From positions 28,748 through 92,747 of the forward strand of contig CAYMGP010000001.1 in NCBI GenBank assembly GCA_964390045.1: a stretch of 64,000 nucleotides of DNA. The letters run 5' to 3'. The first letter of the stretch is position 1, and each line of letters opens with the position of its first letter. This document shows, one piece after another, positions 61,851-64,000 of the stretch. A program made the translations under genes and the position numbers. This DNA is from an uncultured Spirochaetaceae bacterium. GTDB taxonomy: Bacteria > Spirochaetota > Spirochaetia > SZUA-6 > DRHE01. The notes under the pieces are model-generated. The model had not been told where the DNA came from, made no database searches, and saw nothing but the letters and a program-made list of their open reading frames with translations.

Positions 61851-63071
61851 TTATTTCACTACCTGGTTCAACACGTCGTCAGGCAGAGGGGTGAACACGA
61901 AGATTCCGTCCGGAGCATTCGGGCGAGCAAAGGCCTTGAACTGCTCCTTGGGAATTCCCGGGGTGGGGTAGAAGTACATCCGCGGCACGGGATAACCCTG
62001 CAGCAGCATTTCCATCAGAACCACCGAGATGGCACTGGGGATCGATGGGTGACAGGATGCATAGGCCGGGACGTTGTACTCGAGACATTTCTGCAGGAAT
62101 CCATTCTGATCCTCAGAGGCGTGCGGATAGTCGCCCGGATTCATGCCGAGCTCGACCATCGCGTCTATGATTGCCAGGGACATCTGTCCGCCAACCGAGT
62201 AGATGCCGTCGAACTCCGGATGAGCGGCCACCATGTCCGTGAAGATCTTCTTGGCTTTGTCGTAGGACCATTCGGCGTACTCGATGGCTGCAATCTCGAT
62301 ATCGGGATAATTCTCCAGCACGGACAGTCCGCCGCCGCTTCTTCCCGTGTCGATCGGGTAACCCTTCAGTCCACGGAAGAACAGGATTTTGCCTTTGTAG
62401 TTCAGCTCCTTGGCCAGCCACTCGGCGCTCAGAGTCCCAAAAGTCCATGGGTCGTTGCCGATGTAACAGTTGTACTTGGTCGTGTCGGCCGAATCATTGA
62501 ATAGGATGATGGGACAGCCCGCGTCGTAGATCTCCTCGATCGTATCGCTCAGAGCCACCGGATCGAGAGGATCGACGATGATACCGTCCAGGTCTCCAGC
62601 CTTCCACATGGTGAACATGTCCTTGAGATTATTGATCTCCGTATCCACTGATCCGGCGCTGTCCATATGCACGTATTCGTCTATCAGCGGCGAACGCTCC
62701 ACCTCTCTCTGGAACTCGGCGATGTTCACCTCCTGCCAGGGATTTCCGCGCCAGCTGGTGATGTATCCGACCTTGTAGGGGGGATCCTTCTTGTACTCCC
62801 AGATCGTGGGGGCATTGTTCCACCACTCGAGCCAGGCGTGTTTCTCCATAGCGATCTTGAAGGCGCTGTCCTTGTCCAGGTCATAGCGCTGACCGGCAGC
62901 TGCCTCCCCTTTCTCCGCCATCGCTTCATAGTCGCTTTTCAGCTGGTCGTACTCCGCTTGCGCCACCCCTTTGGGAACGACGAAGAACACGACCACCGCA
63001 ACCACCACGGCCACAACCACGGCCACGATGATGAGCGTGGCGACAGAGACATTCCCTTTTTTCTCAGCCAT
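61851..63071 (-). CDS. sugar ABC transporter substrate-binding protein with N-terminal membrane anchor
   Basis: Start taken at the ATG at 63069-63071 (MAEKKGNVSVATLIIVAVVVAVVVAVVVFFVV...), which has a GGAGG RBS. The ORF-track start at 63122 adds 17 aa with no RBS. Type I periplasmic binding fold. Confidence 0.8.
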   Translation of the reverse strand: MAEKKGNVSVATLIIVAVVVAVVVAVVVFFVVPKGVAQAEYDQLKSDYEAMAEKGEAAAGQRYDLDKDSAFKIAMEKHAWLEWWNNAPTIWEYKKDPPYKVGYITSWRGNPWQEVNIAEFQREVERSPLIDEYVHMDSAGSVDTEINNLKDMFTMWKAGDLDGIIVDPLDPVALSDTIEEIYDAGCPIILFNDSADTTKYNCYIGNDPWTFGTLSAEWLAKELNYKGKILFFRGLKGYPIDTGRSGGGLSVLENYPDIEIAAIEYAEWSYDKAKKIFTDMVAAHPEFDGIYSVGGQMSLAIIDAMVELGMNPGDYPHASEDQNGFLQKCLEYNVPAYASCHPSIPSAISVVLMEMLLQGYPVPRMYFYPTPGIPKEQFKAFARPNAPDGIFVFTPLPDDVLNQVVK

Positions 63072-63186
63072 AAATTCCTCCTTGCTGGTTTTTTGTTGCG
63101 AGCCTATGGCAGGCTCTATCAAAAAGGGTCTCGCGGCTAAGACTTCCTGCTAGCCGTGCACCCCTTTTTGCCAAGTATTTCCGGCA

Positions 63187-64000
63187 TCAGGAACTGCCGG
63201 CGGACTGCCCGCTCTTGAAATCCACCAGGTCACTGTTCACTCCTACCAGGGCGTCATAGGTCTTGTTAAAAAGCGGAAAAAGCTGCTTGTAGACAGCGAC
63301 ATTCTCCGGCTTAGGCTTTGTGGTCTGCTGTACCTTGATGAAGCGGCTGACAGCATCCCCAAAGTCAGTAAAAATACCCAGGGCTACCCCGGCGATAATA
63401 GCCGCCCCTAGCGAATTGGCCTCCTGCTGGGCTGCAAAGGTGCTGACAGGCATGTTCAAGATACTGGCCTCGATTTCCCGCCAGAGGGGGCTCTTCGAAC
63501 CTCCTCCGATCAGGCGCATCTCTTTGAAAGGCACGTCCACCTCCTTCGCCATGGCATCGGCCATGAGACGAATGTTGAAGGTGATTCCTTCAAGAACTGC
63601 CCGCAAGATGTCGCCCCGTCCATGAGCCAGGGTCAACCCGATCAGTGCCCCGTGGGTCCTGAGATTGTTGTGCGGGGCACCGCCCGGACGCATGTCGGGA
63701 AGAAAAATCAGCCCGTTCGCCCCGGGGGGAGATTTTGCGGCCAGCTCGTTCATAAGCTCAAAGGTATCGAGATCCCGTAAGCCGGCGTAGGCACCCTCCA
63801 GCAAGCAGATTTGCTCCGCGAACCAATTGTAGGCGACCCCTGCGCAGAACATGGCCAGCTGCACCACGTTCATCTCCGGCACCACGTGACAGAGGCTGAA
63901 GGGCCTCATCTGCTCATCGAGAATAGGTTTCGAGGAGGCAACGGCCAGCCACGAGGCGGAACCTATATAGTTGTAAACGCTTCCCTCACGGATCACACCC
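63187..64000 (-). CDS. FGGY-family carbohydrate kinase, C-terminal part (gene continues beyond the window end)
   Basis: FGGY C-terminal domain (LIGGGSKSPLWREIEASILNMPV, ANSLGAAIIAGVALG). The frame remains open up to base 64000. Confidence 0.75.
   Translation of the reverse strand, partial: GVIREGSVYNYIGSASWLAVASSKPILDEQMRPFSLCHVVPEMNVVQLAMFCAGVAYNWFAEQICLLEGAYAGLRDLDTFELMNELAAKSPPGANGLIFLPDMRPGGAPHNNLRTHGALIGLTLAHGRGDILRAVLEGITFNIRLMADAMAKEVDVPFKEMRLIGGGSKSPLWREIEASILNMPVSTFAAQQEANSLGAAIIAGVALGIFTDFGDAVSRFIKVQQTTKPKPENVAVYKQLFPLFNKTYDALVGVNSDLVDFKSGQSAGSS

Noticed and set aside
1-64000. CRISPR arrays, IS elements, integrases, tRNA or rRNA genes
   Set aside because: No regularly spaced direct repeats, no transposase or integrase-like translations in any frame, and no cloverleaf-like or rRNA-like stretches were seen. 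The window appears to be chromosomal metabolic DNA, not a mobile island.

Overview
This is a GC-rich (about 57-60% by eye), gene-dense bacterial window with about 70 genes. The gene content (aldehyde:ferredoxin oxidoreductase, ferredoxin, NifX-like/DUF134/Mrp, DUF362, nitroreductase) suggests an anaerobic saccharolytic organism. No rRNA, tRNA, CRISPR array, IS element or large repeat is visible.

Carbohydrate and sugar-acid utilisation loci dominate the window:
- 1636-7749 (+): a LarA-like protein, an FGGY kinase, a GntR regulator, an IlvD/EDD dehydratase and a DHDPS-family aldolase.
- 16197-7755 (-): a ribose-type ABC transporter (binding protein, ATPase, two permeases), a DHDPS-family aldolase, a DgoK-like kinase, a 2-hydroxyacid dehydrogenase and an SDR.
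- 64000-49829 (-): a second, paralogous ribose-type ABC transporter, a cyclase, a VOC protein, a ferredoxin, a tungsten-type aldehyde:ferredoxin oxidoreductase (AOR), a near-duplicate aldolase, an FGGY kinase, two SDRs and a 2-hydroxyacid dehydrogenase.
- 21742-27366: a LacI-regulated CUT1 sugar ABC transporter followed by a URO-D-family protein.

The centre of the window carries more unusual content:
- a cyclase-DUF362-cyclase triplet (16264-18820);
- a 2TM/DUF4097 envelope module (19978-21139);
- an AAC(3)-like acetyltransferase (27526-28350);
- a DUF134/NifX-like/Mrp-NBP35 cluster with an elaborate palindromic control region (28382-30696);
- a canonical PCD/DCoH (30795-31139);
- a stand-alone class II aminoacyl-tRNA-synthetase-like catalytic core next to a Gfo/Idh/MocA oxidoreductase (31890-34110);
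- a URO-D-family protein and a MEMO1-family protein with an N-terminal extension (34453-36797);
- a P-type cation ATPase (36952-39810);
- a CoxM/CoxS/CoxL-type molybdenum hydroxylase set with an amidohydrolase and a DMT transporter (41255-47224).

The most system-like novelty is the repeated pairing of DHDPS-family aldolases with sugar-acid dehydratases and kinases, three cyclase-family paralogs, and a ferredoxin-dependent AOR. Together these suggest a partly non-phosphorylative, ferredoxin-linked sugar-acid catabolic route. All calls rest on reading the translated ORFs for family-specific motifs; no database search was run.
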